From the NCBI GenBank assembly GCA_945877175.1, contig CAMCRC010000001.1, positions 18,734 to 82,733 of the forward strand: 64,000 nucleotides of DNA, in the 5' to 3' direction. Below the pieces are notes generated by a model that saw nothing but the letters and a program-made list of their open reading frames with translations, made no database searches and was not told where the DNA came from. Below are positions 23,215 to 36,166 of the stretch, piece after piece. The translations under genes were made by a program, and so were the position numbers. Source of the DNA: Klebsiella pneumoniae (lineage in GTDB: Bacteria > Pseudomonadota > Gammaproteobacteria > Pseudomonadales > Pseudohongiellaceae). How positions within the stretch are numbered: the stretch's first letter is position 1; every line of letters begins with the position of its first letter.

Positions 23215-23240
23215 GGTGCACTTACAACCCTCAGTGCACC
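23215..23240 (-). terminator. Hairpin 10 nt downstream of the sucD stop (putative operon terminator)
   Basis: An 8-bp perfect stem (ggtgcact / agtgcacc) with a 10-nt loop. The downstream minus strand (GAAATTTCCGTTAAATTTTAT) is only moderately T-rich. Confidence 0.45.
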
Positions 23241-23249
23241 AATTCAGGC

Positions 23250-24122
23250 TTACCAGCCGGTTAGATCCTTGATACCTTTCCCGATGTCTGCAAGACTTTT
23301 TACCGTCTTCACACCAGCATCATTCAGTGCGACAAACTTTTCAGCTGCAGTGCCCTTGCCGCCGGAAATAATTGCACCGGCGTGTCCCATTCGCTTGCCG
23401 GCAGGAGCAGTAACGCCAGCGATATAAGAAACAACCGGCTTGGTGACGAATTTCTTGATATAGGCAGCTGCCTCTTCTTCTGCAGTCCCGCCAATCTCGC
23501 CAATCATGACTATCGCCTCTGTCTGATCGTCCTTTTCGAACAACGCCAGAATATCGATGAAATTTGATCCTGGGATGGGGTCACCGCCGATACCGACGCA
23601 AGAAGACTGCCCGAAGCCGAAATCAGTTGTTTGCTTGACTGCTTCATAAGTCAGCGTGCCAGAACGTGACACAATACCGACTTTGCCCTTCTTGTGTATG
23701 TTGCCTGGCATGATGCCTATCTTGGACTCTCCAGGAGTTATCACGCCAGGGCAATTCGGTCCGATCAGACGCACTCCAAGTTCGTCACATTTGACTTTTA
23801 CATCGAGCATGTCCAGCGTCGGGATTCCCTCGGTTATGCAAACGATCAGCTTGATGCCAGCGAAAGCCGCCTCAAGAATGGAGTCTTTGCAGAACGGCGC
23901 CGGAACGTAAATGACAGACGCTTCAGCACCTGTTTCCTTTACTGCATCCTTGACGGTATTGAATACGGGCAGACCGAGATGAATCTGACCTCCCTTGCCC
24001 GGTGTTACTCCGCCGACCATTCTGGTGCCGTACTGAATGGCTTGCTCGGAGTGGAAAGTTCCTTGAGAACCCGTGAAGCCCTGACAAATCACGCGGGTTT
24101 CTTTAGTCAACAAAATACTCAC
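23250..24122 (-). CDS. sucD: Succinate--CoA ligase subunit alpha
   Basis: It contains [12 protein letters not shown], the SRSGTLTYE motif, and the phosphohistidine loop [11 protein letters not shown]. Confidence 0.97.
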   Translation of the reverse strand: MSILLTKETRVICQGFTGSQGTFHSEQAIQYGTRMVGGVTPGKGGQIHLGLPVFNTVKDAVKETGAEASVIYVPAPFCKDSILEAAFAGIKLIVCITEGIPTLDMLDVKVKCDELGVRLIGPNCPGVITPGESKIGIMPGNIHKKGKVGIVSRSGTLTYEAVKQTTDFGFGQSSCVGIGGDPIPGSNFIDILALFEKDDQTEAIVMIGEIGGTAEEEAAAYIKKFVTKPVVSYIAGVTAPAGKRMGHAGAIISGGKGTAAEKFVALNDAGVKTVKSLADIGKGIKDLTGW

Positions 24123-25288
24123 TTCACACCCCCTGCTGCCGCTACGACTTTTTCTGCAGCGTCAGTCAGACTGCTTGCAGCAATGATATTCAGTCCGCTG
24201 TCACCCAGTACCTTGCGGCCAAGTTCAGCATTGTTTCCTTCCAGACGAACGACAACAGGCACTGTTACGCCGACTTCGGCAACAGCACCAATGATGCCTT
24301 CAGCAATCATGTCGCAACGGACAATGCCACCGAAAATATTGATCAGTACGGCTTGCACGTTCTTGTCCGACAAAATGATCTTGAAAGCTTCTGTAACCCG
24401 CTCTTTGGTCGCCCCTCCTCCTACATCGAGGAAGTTGGCAGGACGTCCACCGTGCAATTGCACGATATCCATGGTGCCCATGGCCAGGCCGGCGCCATTG
24501 ACCATGCAGCCGATGTTTCCATCCAGTGCTACATAATTCAGCTCCCACTTGGCGGCACGCGCTTCGCGCTCATCATCCTGACTGGGGTCGTGCATGGCTC
24601 GCAGCTTGGGCTGTCGGAACATGGCATTTCCGTCAATATTGATCTTGCCGTCGAGGCAATGCAGGTTCCCCTCACTGGTGATCACCAAAGGATTGATTTC
24701 CAGCAGTGCCAGATCCAGGTCTGCAAAAAGTCTGGCCAATCCCAGGAAAAGCTGTGTGAACTGTTTAACCTGCAGGTCATTCAGGCCGAGCTTGAAGGCG
24801 AGTTCCCGTGCTTGAAATGGCTGAGCCCCGCACAAGGGGTCGATGATCGCACGAAGAATTTTCTCGGGAGACTCTTCAGCCACTTTTTCTATTTCAACAC
24901 CACCTTCAGTGGATGCCATGAAAACTATGCGTCGTGAGGAGCGGTCGATGACGGCTCCAAGATAGAGTTCCTGGGCGATGTCAGTGCAGGTTTCCACGAG
25001 GATCTTGCTGACTGGCTGGCCATTCGCGTCAGTCTGGTACGTCACCAGATTCTTGCCGAGCCACTTGTCGGCGAATGCTCTGATCTCTTCCTTGCTGGAA
25101 ACCAGCTTGACGCCACCTGCCTTGCCCCGACCACCAGCGTGCACCTGCGCCTTTACGACCCATTTGCTGCCACCGAGTTTGTCTGCAGCGGCAGCCGCAT
25201 CTTCGGCATTGTCTACGGCATACCCCTTGGAGACTGGCAGACCATACTCGGCAAACAGCTGCTTGGCCTGATACTCATGTAAATTCAT
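24119..25288 (-). CDS. sucC: Succinate--CoA ligase subunit beta
   Basis: It has the [15 protein letters not shown]-grasp N-terminus and GGIVRCD. It overlaps sucD by 4 nt. Confidence 0.97.
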   Translation of the reverse strand: MNLHEYQAKQLFAEYGLPVSKGYAVDNAEDAAAAADKLGGSKWVVKAQVHAGGRGKAGGVKLVSSKEEIRAFADKWLGKNLVTYQTDANGQPVSKILVETCTDIAQELYLGAVIDRSSRRIVFMASTEGGVEIEKVAEESPEKILRAIIDPLCGAQPFQARELAFKLGLNDLQVKQFTQLFLGLARLFADLDLALLEINPLVITSEGNLHCLDGKINIDGNAMFRQPKLRAMHDPSQDDEREARAAKWELNYVALDGNIGCMVNGAGLAMGTMDIVQLHGGRPANFLDVGGGATKERVTEAFKIILSDKNVQAVLINIFGGIVRCDMIAEGIIGAVAEVGVTVPVVVRLEGNNAELGRKVLGDSGLNIIAASSLTDAAEKVVAAAGGVK

Positions 25289-25338
25289 TCTGCATCCTCG
25301 TGCATCTTGCTTAAGTGAAAAAAAGTCCGCTTCGCCAA

Positions 25339-28024
<2,686 letters not shown>

Positions 28025-28056
28025 TGTTTTGTCCTTTTATCACTAAATGAAGTGGC

Positions 28057-30897
28057 TTACTTTTTCAGCGTCATTGCCTGGTCGAGATATTGGCGCATCT
28101 GCTCCATGTGCAATGCCGGATAACCAGCAGCAGGAGACGCTGAGGCTTCACGGCCAGCATAGGTAAGAGGCACATCAGCCTTCAGGTCCTGGGCCACACG
28201 GCGCATTTTATGCTGGCTCGAATACCATGCCCCCTGATTCATGGGTTCTTCCTGACACCACATGACTTCCTTGAAGTTCTTGTACTGTTTCATCGCATCG
28301 CGCAGGTCATCTGAAGGGAAAGGGTACAACTGTTCGAGACGAATGATTGCGATATTGTCGATGCCCCTTGTACGGCGTTCCTGCCGCAGGTCGTAGTACA
28401 CCTTGCCACTGCAAAGAATGATGCGTTCGACCTGAGATGCCGGCAGCTCATCAGTTTCACCAATGACCACCTGGAAGGTGCCGTTCGCCAGCTCCTCCAT
28501 TGTGGACGTGGTCTCCTTGTGACGCAGCAGACTCTTCGGTGACATGACGACCAGTGGCTTGCGCAACGGGCACAGGACCTGCCGCCGCAACATATGGAAA
28601 ACCTGAGCGGACGTCGTTGGCAGGCATACCTGAATATTTTGTTCTGCGCAAAGTTGCAGGAAGCGCTCGAGGCGCGCCGAAGAGTGTTCCGGCCCCTGCC
28701 CTTCGTATCCGTGCGGTAAAAGCATTGTCAGGCCGCAAAGACGTTGCCACTTGTGCTCACCACTGGTAATGAATTGATCAATCACTACTTGTGCTGAATT
28801 CGCGAAATCGCCGAACTGCGCTTCCCAGATAATCAAAGCATTCGGCGTTGTTGTCGCATAACCATATTCGAACGCGAGTACAGCCATCTCGGACAACAAA
28901 GAGTCGTAGATCGAGAAACTACGCTGATCAGCTGCGAGAGCCTGCAGGGGAATATATTCCGCCCCGGTTTCCTGATCATGAAGCACTGCGTGACGATGCG
29001 AAAACGTCCCGCGCCCCACGTCCTGTCCAGTAATTCTAACTTTGTTGCCGCTGGTCAGGATGCTGGCGTATGCCAGAGTCTCGGCGAAACCCCAGTCAAC
29101 CGGCTTTTCACCCGAGGCCATCTGGGCACGGTCGTCGATGATCTTCTGCACTTGCTTGTGCAGCGTCATGCCGGATGGAATCTTTACCAGTTTGCGTCCC
29201 AAAGCCTGAAGGGTTTCGAGTTTGATAGTTGTATTGTAATGAGGCGTCCACTCGTGACCGAGATAGGGATTCCAGTCCACGAACAACTCTACTGATGGCT
29301 CTTTGACCAGAGACTTCACAACATGTTCGCCGGTATCCAATGCCTTGCGGTAGGAGGTATTCAGGAACTCAGCCTCTTCCTCAGTCACGACAGACGCTGC
29401 TATCAGTCGCTCCGCATACAGGGCACGCGTTGTCTTCTGTTGACGTATCTGGGTATACATGAGTGGTTGAGTGCTTGCTGGTTCGTCAGTTTCGTTGTGG
29501 CCGCGGCGGCGGTAACACATCAGATCAATAACGACGTCCTTCTTGAACTCGTAGCGGAAATCCAGCGCCAGTTGCGTGACAAAAAGCACTGCTTCAGGAT
29601 CATCTCCGTTGACATGGAAAATCGGTGCCTGAACCATTCTTGCGACATCTGTGCAGTATTCTGTAGACCGAGCATCTTCCTGCTTGCTGGTGGTGAACCC
29701 AACTTGATTGTTCACGATCAGATGAATTGTGCCGCCGGTGGAGTAGGCGCGGGTCTTGGACATCTGGAAGGTTTCCATCACCACACCCTGCCCCGCAAAT
29801 GCGGCGTCGCCGTGAATAATGATCGGGACGACTTTACTGCCAACCTTGTCGAGCCTGCGGTCCTGCCGTGCGCGCACAGAGCCTTCTACCACGGGAGACA
29901 CAATTTCAAGATGCGAGGGGTTGAAAGCCATGGCAAGGTGGACTTCGCCGCCTGGTGTCATGATGTTTGAAGAGAAGCCCTGGTGATATTTTACATCCCC
30001 GGAACTCTTGTAAGTCGCACGGCCTTCGAACTCACTGAACAAATCGGACGGATTCTTGCCGAGCGTGTTGACCAGCACATTGAGTCGACCGCGGTGAGCC
30101 ATGCCGATGACGATTTCTTTTGCACCGTAACTGCCGGAGCGCTGAATAAGCTCGTCGACTAGTGGGATAAGACTCTCTCCTCCTTCAAGTCCAAAGCGCT
30201 TTGTCCCTGGATATTTGGAGTCCAGATGCTTTTCAAGACCTTCGGCTGCACTCAAGCGTTCAAGCAGATGCTTCTTGACCTCGGAGGGGAAATCAGGATT
30301 GCCAAGATGAGTTTCGATACGCTTCTGAATCCATTGCTTTTCCGCCAGGTCAACAATATGCATGAATTCGTAACCAATCGATCCGCAATAGATGCGCTCT
30401 AGTACTTCAATGATTTCACGCAGTGGCGCCTTGTCTTTCTTTATGAACAGAGACCCGGTTTGAAACACAGTTGAGTAATCAACCGGCGAAAGGCCATGGA
30501 AATCAAGTTGAAGATCAGGGACCTGCTCACGACGCATCATGTTCAATGGATCGAGCTTTGCTTTCTGATGTCCCCGCACCCGATAAGAGCTGATAAGGTG
30601 GAGAACCTGAACCTGCTTGTTTTCATGCTCGGAATTGACGACGGCGTCATCCGAGAGCAAGGGCTTGAAGCGGCTGGTCTTGCCAAGTTCCTTGAAATAT
30701 TTCTGGATCTCCAAATGTGAAATATCCGATTCCTGTGAATCGGATATTTGCGGGAGACTCTCAAAGTTCGTGCGCCATTCCTGCGGCACCGAATTGGGAT
30801 CCTGCAGGAATTGATCATACAACTGTTCGACGTAAGACGCATTGCCGCCTGACAAGTGCCCTGTTTTCCACATGAGTTCCATAATGCTTTCTTGCAT
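28057..30897 (-). CDS. sucA: 2-oxoglutarate dehydrogenase E1 component
   Basis: 946 aa. The N-terminus reads LSGGNASYVEQLYDQFLQDP, and there is a ThDP-binding region (HGDAAFAGQGVV). Confidence 0.97.
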   Translation of the reverse strand: MQESIMELMWKTGHLSGGNASYVEQLYDQFLQDPNSVPQEWRTNFESLPQISDSQESDISHLEIQKYFKELGKTSRFKPLLSDDAVVNSEHENKQVQVLHLISSYRVRGHQKAKLDPLNMMRREQVPDLQLDFHGLSPVDYSTVFQTGSLFIKKDKAPLREIIEVLERIYCGSIGYEFMHIVDLAEKQWIQKRIETHLGNPDFPSEVKKHLLERLSAAEGLEKHLDSKYPGTKRFGLEGGESLIPLVDELIQRSGSYGAKEIVIGMAHRGRLNVLVNTLGKNPSDLFSEFEGRATYKSSGDVKYHQGFSSNIMTPGGEVHLAMAFNPSHLEIVSPVVEGSVRARQDRRLDKVGSKVVPIIIHGDAAFAGQGVVMETFQMSKTRAYSTGGTIHLIVNNQVGFTTSKQEDARSTEYCTDVARMVQAPIFHVNGDDPEAVLFVTQLALDFRYEFKKDVVIDLMCYRRRGHNETDEPASTQPLMYTQIRQQKTTRALYAERLIAASVVTEEEAEFLNTSYRKALDTGEHVVKSLVKEPSVELFVDWNPYLGHEWTPHYNTTIKLETLQALGRKLVKIPSGMTLHKQVQKIIDDRAQMASGEKPVDWGFAETLAYASILTSGNKVRITGQDVGRGTFSHRHAVLHDQETGAEYIPLQALAADQRSFSIYDSLLSEMAVLAFEYGYATTTPNALIIWEAQFGDFANSAQVVIDQFITSGEHKWQRLCGLTMLLPHGYEGQGPEHSSARLERFLQLCAEQNIQVCLPTTSAQVFHMLRRQVLCPLRKPLVVMSPKSLLRHKETTSTMEELANGTFQVVIGETDELPASQVERIILCSGKVYYDLRQERRTRGIDNIAIIRLEQLYPFPSDDLRDAMKQYKNFKEVMWCQEEPMNQGAWYSSQHKMRRVAQDLKADVPLTYAGREASASPAAGYPALHMEQMRQYLDQAMTLKK

Positions 30898-30992
30898 CTG
30901 TATTCTTCCTGGGTAATTGAGGAAGCAGAATCATTGCCTGCTTCAATAATGTCCGTATCCAGTAGCTGATTATTGTTAGAGTATGTTCCTAC

Positions 30993-31697
30993 TCATGTCG
31001 CTCTTTGCAGAAGCATTGATCGAATGTGGCCGATGGCTCTTGTCGGGTTAAGTCCCTTTGGGCAAACAGCCACGCAATTCATGATACCTCTGCAGCGGAA
31101 CACGCTGAAGGGATCTTCCAGGTCAGCAAGTCGGGCATCTGTTGCCGTGTCGCGCGAATCCGCCAGAAATCGGTAAGCCTGAAGCAGCCCTGCAGGGCCG
31201 ATGAACTTGTCCGGGTTCCACCAGAAAGAGGGGCAATTTGTGCTGCAACAGGCGCACAGTATGCACTCGTAGAGGCCATCGAGCTTTTCGCGATCTTCAG
31301 GCGACTGCAGGCGCTCAATGGATGGCGCTGGCGTCGTATTGATAAGAAAGGGCTGAACCTTCTCAAACTGTTTGTAGAACACACCCATGTCCACAACAAG
31401 ATCACGTACTACTGGCAATCCTGGCAGCGGACGCAGTACCAGTTTGCCGCCTCTGACTGCCGCAGAAACAGGGGTAATGCAAGCGAGGCCATTGGTGCCA
31501 CTGATATTCATACCATCGGAGCCGCAAACACCCTCTCGGCACGATCTGCGATATGCAATGGACGGGTCCTGACGCTTGAGCAATTCAAGTACGTCCAGAA
31601 CCATCAGATCTTTTCCAGCCGGCAACTCGATCTCGTAGTCCTGCATGCGGGGCTTCGAATCCACTTCCGGGTTGTAGCGATATAGACTGACTAGCAC
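30993..31697 (-). CDS. sdhB: Succinate dehydrogenase iron-sulfur subunit
   Basis: It carries three Cys clusters: CREGVCGSDGMNI, CILCACCSTNCP and CRGIMNCVAVCP. Confidence 0.97.
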   Translation of the reverse strand: MLVSLYRYNPEVDSKPRMQDYEIELPAGKDLMVLDVLELLKRQDPSIAYRRSCREGVCGSDGMNISGTNGLACITPVSAAVRGGKLVLRPLPGLPVVRDLVVDMGVFYKQFEKVQPFLINTTPAPSIERLQSPEDREKLDGLYECILCACCSTNCPSFWWNPDKFIGPAGLLQAYRFLADSRDTATDARLADLEDPFSVFRCRGIMNCVAVCPKGLNPTRAIGHIRSMLLQRAT

Positions 31698-31750
31698 GAT
31701 GATCTACCTTTTCCTGTCACTCGCAGGAACTTAGCGCCAAGTGAGGCAAA

Positions 31751-33523
31751 TTAATAGGTTCTGACCTTCGGTTCGAATTTCTCGACCGTTTTTGGAGAGA
31801 AGTTAACCGCACGTTTTGAAATAGTATTTGTGCCGGGAAAGTACAGTGAATGGCATAGCCAACTCTCGTCATCGCGCTCCTGAAAGTCATCTCGCGCGTG
31901 TGCCCCCCTGCTTTCAGTTCTTCCTTCAGCAGCAATCGCAGTTGCTTCCGCCACTTCAAACAAATTCTCCAATTCAAGCGCTTCAATGCGAGCTGTATTG
32001 AATGCGTTGCTCTTGTCAGCGAGCGAGATATTGGCGATCCGCAATCGCAATTCCGCGAGCTTTTGAATCCCTTCTCTCATGAAATCGCCGCGTCGGAATA
32101 CACCGAAATAGTTCTGCATAATCGTTTGCATGGCAATGCGCAATTCCGCAACGCTTTCGCCCTTGGTTGTATTGTTCAAACGGTTCAGGCGGGTCAACGC
32201 CTGCTCTATATCTGACTCGGAAGCGGCGCGCTGTTCGATGCCCTGACGTAGCATGCTCTCGATATGCTTGCCTGCCGCGCGGCCAAATACCACGAGGTCC
32301 AGCAGCGAGTTGCCACCAAGACGATTGGCGCCATGCACTGAAACGCAGGCCACTTCACCTACTGCAAACAGCCCTTCTATAATCTTGTCGTTGCCATCCG
32401 CTTCCTGTGATAGCGCCTGTCCATGAATGTTGGTGGGAATGCCACCCATCATGTAATGGCATGTAGGAACTACAGGAATAGGTTCTTTGACCGGATCCAC
32501 ATGTGCGAAAGTACGAGACAGCTCGAGAATTCCAGGCAGTTTTGCATTCAAAACCTTCTCGCCAAGGTGATCGAGCTTGAGCATGACGTGATCACCCAGA
32601 GGACCACAGCCACGCCCTTCAATGATCTCAAGAATCATCGAGCGGGCGACAACATCGCGACCCGCGAGATCCTTCGCGTTGGGAGCGTAGCGCTCCATAA
32701 ACCGCTCACCGTCCTTGTTGATCAGGTACCCACCTTCCCCACGGCAGCCTTCAGTCACGAGTGAGCCCGCGCCATAGATTCCTGTTGGGTGGAACTGCCA
32801 CATTTCCATGTCCTGTACCGGGTAGCCCGCTCGCAATGCCATACCGATACCGTCACCAGTACAAATCATGGCATTGGTCGTAGAGGCGTAAATTCGACCT
32901 GCACCACCAGTAGCAAAAACAGTCGCCTTTGATTTGATGTAAACAGTTTCACCTGTCTCAATGCAGATAGCCGTTACGCCTACGACGACTCCGTCTTGGT
33001 TGCGCACCAGATCTGTTGCGAACCACTCATTCAGGAAGACGGTTTTGTTCTTAACGTTACCTTGATAAAGAGTGTGAAGCAGCGCATGACCCGTTCGGTC
33101 CGCAGCAGCACAGGTACGTGCTGCCTGGCCTCCCTTGCCAAAATCCTTTGATTGCCCGCCGAACGGGCGCTGATAAATACGGCCGCTTTCAGTCCTGGAG
33201 AACGGCAGTCCCATATGCTCCAGTTCGAACACAGCTTGGGGGCCCTCGCTGCACATATACTCGATAGCGTCCTGGTCACCAATATAGTCGGAGCCCTTGA
33301 CAGTGTCGTACATGTGCCAGCGCCAATCGTCATCTGGATCTGCGCTCGCTATGGCACACGTTATTCCGCCCTGCGCAGATACAGTGTGCGATCTGGTCGG
33401 AAAGACCTTGCTTATAACAGCTGTCTTGTAGCCCGACTGGGAAAGCTGCAATGCAGCGCGCAGGCCTGACCCGCCACCACCTACGATTACCGCATCAAAA
33501 GAAAGAGTTCGTACATCTGACAT
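31751..33523 (-). CDS. sdhA: Succinate dehydrogenase flavoprotein subunit
   Basis: It contains [14 protein letters not shown], the covalent-FAD His motif [10 protein letters not shown], and [11 protein letters not shown]. Confidence 0.97.
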   Translation of the reverse strand: MSDVRTLSFDAVIVGGGGSGLRAALQLSQSGYKTAVISKVFPTRSHTVSAQGGITCAIASADPDDDWRWHMYDTVKGSDYIGDQDAIEYMCSEGPQAVFELEHMGLPFSRTESGRIYQRPFGGQSKDFGKGGQAARTCAAADRTGHALLHTLYQGNVKNKTVFLNEWFATDLVRNQDGVVVGVTAICIETGETVYIKSKATVFATGGAGRIYASTTNAMICTGDGIGMALRAGYPVQDMEMWQFHPTGIYGAGSLVTEGCRGEGGYLINKDGERFMERYAPNAKDLAGRDVVARSMILEIIEGRGCGPLGDHVMLKLDHLGEKVLNAKLPGILELSRTFAHVDPVKEPIPVVPTCHYMMGGIPTNIHGQALSQEADGNDKIIEGLFAVGEVACVSVHGANRLGGNSLLDLVVFGRAAGKHIESMLRQGIEQRAASESDIEQALTRLNRLNNTTKGESVAELRIAMQTIMQNYFGVFRRGDFMREGIQKLAELRLRIANISLADKSNAFNTARIEALELENLFEVAEATAIAAEGRTESRGAHARDDFQERDDESWLCHSLYFPGTNTISKRAVNFSPKTVEKFEPKVRTY

Positions 33524-33898
33524 TTAAAGTCCCCACAGAATCTGAATACCCCAGACGAGGTAAATGAACATCACGATGACGCAGGCTGATTGGAAGGCGA
33601 ATCTAATTACAGAAGCCTTGGAGCCCAGCAAGTCCGAAGTCAAATAATCCGTGGAAATTGTCCACAACCCAACCCACGCATGAGCACACAGGGCAACCAG
33701 GGCGAACAAACTCGCAATGCGCATCCAGGTTGCGCTGAAAAGGTCTCGCCACTGCTCGAAACTAAGCTCTGGAGAAAAGGCCAGATACCCGAGCAACCCA
33801 ACGAAATACATCGCAAGATATACGGCCGTCAGTCGCTGTACGACCCAGTCGTAAAGCCCGCTTCGACCAAAACTGGTGACATTTGTTACCACAGCCAT
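33524..33898 (-). CDS. sdhD: Succinate dehydrogenase hydrophobic membrane anchor
   Basis: 124 aa with 3 TM segments. It sits between sdhC and sdhA and overlaps sdhC by 13 nt. Confidence 0.85.
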   Translation of the reverse strand: MAVVTNVTSFGRSGLYDWVVQRLTAVYLAMYFVGLLGYLAFSPELSFEQWRDLFSATWMRIASLFALVALCAHAWVGLWTISTDYLTSDLLGSKASVIRFAFQSACVIVMFIYLVWGIQILWGL

Positions 33899-34260
33899 AC
33901 TCCTGACATGACAATTGCAATGATTGAAAGGGCGACTACCAATCTGGCTCCGGTCTGAGCTCCAGAGAGAGTTTCACCGATACCCAGATCCATCACGAGG
34001 TGCTTGATGCCTGCGATAAGGTGATACAACAAGCCGGACAGGATCGCCCAAATCAGGAGTTTCGTGATTGGCATTGAAAGCCATGAATCAACTCGCGCGA
34101 AGCCCTCGCTAGAAGACAGGGATTCGCTGAACAGCCACAACAGCACAGCCACTCCGGCGAAGATGAATACGCCAGAAACGCGATGCAGAATCGATGTGAT
34201 GGCAGGAAGGGGCAATCGAAGGGTAGAGAAATCGAGGTTCTTGGGTCGTTTGTCGTTCAC
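33886..34260 (-). CDS. sdhC: Succinate dehydrogenase cytochrome b556 subunit
   Basis: 124 aa. It contains RPKNLDF...ITSILHRVSG (heme-ligand His region) and has 3 TM segments. Confidence 0.9.
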   Translation of the reverse strand: MNDKRPKNLDFSTLRLPLPAITSILHRVSGVFIFAGVAVLLWLFSESLSSSEGFARVDSWLSMPITKLLIWAILSGLLYHLIAGIKHLVMDLGIGETLSGAQTGARLVVALSIIAIVMSGVWLW

Positions 34261-34626
34261 AGAATTTACATTTCCATGAGGCCCGGAGGGGCTTGGTTAG
34301 ATAAATTGGCCGACCCTGACTGGGCCGATCTGTTTGATTACACTTGCAATTCCTGCTCGCGTAACATGGGCGTGGAGTATAGTCTTCTGACATATGGAAT
34401 ACAATAAACTCCAGGGTATTTGCAGGGATTGTGACAGTTTATTGTCATTGGGTATCGGGGCCGCCAATTGTCTTGACTCTCAAGCACTTGGCATTGCTAA
34501 AATGCCAGGCAGCTGGAAATTCAGATTGACCTGACATCTTTTTGAACAGCTTTTGCATGACGCTCGAGCAAAAGTAATTGGCCCAGGACTTCATCCCCCG
34601 GAAATCAGCATTGCCAGGAGTTCGGT

Positions 34627-35904
34627 ATGAACAAGAAAACTGCCACTTTGTCTATTGAAGGCATCAAAGACAGCATTGAACTTCCTGTTCTTGAGGGCAA
34701 TATCGGCCCGAATGTCATTGACGTTGGAGGACTTACAGCCAAGGGGTATTTCACGTATGACCCTGGCTTCATGTCTACGGCCTCATGCGAGTCCAAAATT
34801 ACCTTTATTGATGGTGACGAGGGCGTTTTATTGCACAGGGGCTACCCAATAGAGCAGCTTGCAGAGAAATCAAACTATCTGGAAACCTGCTTCCTGCTTC
34901 TCAATGGGGAATTGCCTGACGTCGCTGAAAAGGCTCGCTTTGAAAACGACATTCGCTATCACACCATGGTGCATGAGCAACTTTGTCAGTTTTTCAAGGG
35001 GTTTCCGATGAATGCGCACCCCATGGCAATAATGGTAGGCGTAGTTGGTGCGCTGTCCGCTTTCTACCATGACTCTCTTGACATCACGAAAGAGGAAGAT
35101 CGAAGGATCTCCGCACACAGGTTGATTGCCAAAATGCCGACGATCGCCGCCATGTGCTACAAGCATGCTATCGGCCAGCCTTTCATGTATCCGCGCAATG
35201 ATTTCGGTTTTGCAGAAAACTTCCTGCATATGATGTTCAGCACGCCATGTGAAGCACCCAGGGTTAGCCCGATTCTAGCCAAGGCCATGGACACTATTTT
35301 CCTGCTGCACGCAGATCATGAGCAGAATGCTTCAACCTCCACCGTTCGTCTTGCAGGCTCTACAGGCGCCAATCCTTTCGCATGCATTTCAGCGGGAATC
35401 GCAGCACTATGGGGGCCGGCACATGGGGGCGCGAACGAGGCAGTGCTCAACATGTTGTACGAGATCAAGGATGAGTCACGCATCGAGGAGTACATCAAGC
35501 GGGCAAAGGACAAGAACGACCCATTCCGGTTGATGGGCTTTGGCCATCGCGTCTACAAGAATTTCGACCCTCGTGCCAAGGTGATGCGCAAAATATGTGA
35601 CGAAGTGCTTGCGGACCTGGGTGTGGATAACGATCCTCTTTTCAGAATTGCACGCCGACTGGAGAAAATAGCGCTTGAAGATGAATATTTCATTGAGCGG
35701 AAACTATACCCCAATGTGGACTTCTACTCGGGCATAATCCTCAAGGCAATTGGAATTCCCACGTCAATGTTCACCGTAATATTCGCCGTGGGCAGGACGC
35801 CGGGATGGATCTCCCACTGGAATGAGATGATCAGCAATTCATACAAAATCGGGCGCCCACGTCAATTGTATACAGGGCACGCCAAGAGAAATTATCCGCG
35901 ATGA
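34627..35904 (+). CDS. gltA: Citrate synthase (type II)
   Basis: It contains the [14 protein letters not shown] signature and is 425 aa. It is divergent from sdhC as in E. coli and Pseudomonas, and an AGGAG RBS is present. Confidence 0.97.
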   Translation: MNKKTATLSIEGIKDSIELPVLEGNIGPNVIDVGGLTAKGYFTYDPGFMSTASCESKITFIDGDEGVLLHRGYPIEQLAEKSNYLETCFLLLNGELPDVAEKARFENDIRYHTMVHEQLCQFFKGFPMNAHPMAIMVGVVGALSAFYHDSLDITKEEDRRISAHRLIAKMPTIAAMCYKHAIGQPFMYPRNDFGFAENFLHMMFSTPCEAPRVSPILAKAMDTIFLLHADHEQNASTSTVRLAGSTGANPFACISAGIAALWGPAHGGANEAVLNMLYEIKDESRIEEYIKRAKDKNDPFRLMGFGHRVYKNFDPRAKVMRKICDEVLADLGVDNDPLFRIARRLEKIALEDEYFIERKLYPNVDFYSGIILKAIGIPTSMFTVIFAVGRTPGWISHWNEMISNSYKIGRPRQLYTGHAKRNYPR

Positions 35905-36004
35905 AACCTTAAATCCATCCAGTGCAATACTGCTGCAATGCATCGTCAAGACATTGGAAATACAACTGGGCGGAAATCAATTCGAAGAAGTGTTGCCGGA
36001 AAAA

Positions 36005-36080
36005 ATGGTGGAGCCTATCGGGATCGAACCGATGACCTCAACGCTGCCAGCGTTGCGCTCTCCCAGCTGAGCTAAGACCC
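36005..36080 (-). tRNA. tRNA-Ala (anticodon GGC)
   Basis: Folded by hand as a 76-nt cloverleaf. The sequence is GGGGTCTTAGCTCAGCTGGGAGAGCGCAACGCTGGCAGCGTTGAGGTCATCGGTTCGATCCCGATAGGCTCCACCA. It has the G3:U70 alanine identity pair, the anticodon loop CTGGCAG, and an encoded CCA. Confidence 0.95.
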
Positions 36081-36166
36081 CATTTGCGGACTTCTCACGA
36101 CAACGGCCAGGTGCCCATCGTTCGATGTCCGCGCATTCTAAGCACCGATCCCGGACCTGTCAACGA

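Noticed and set aside
23200-23250. An SdhX-like sRNA derived from the sucD 3' UTR, as in enterobacteria.
   Set aside because: The hairpin starts only 10 nt after the sucD stop, leaving no room for a separate seed region. I saw no similarity to the enterobacterial SdhX seed.
34431-34446. An inverted repeat TGACA-N6-TGTCA in the sdhC-gltA divergent region as a CRP or FNR site.
   Set aside because: It does not fit CRP (TGTGA-N6-TCACA) or FNR (TTGAT-N4-ATCAA) spacing or sequence. It is a 5-bp inverted repeat that could occur by chance.
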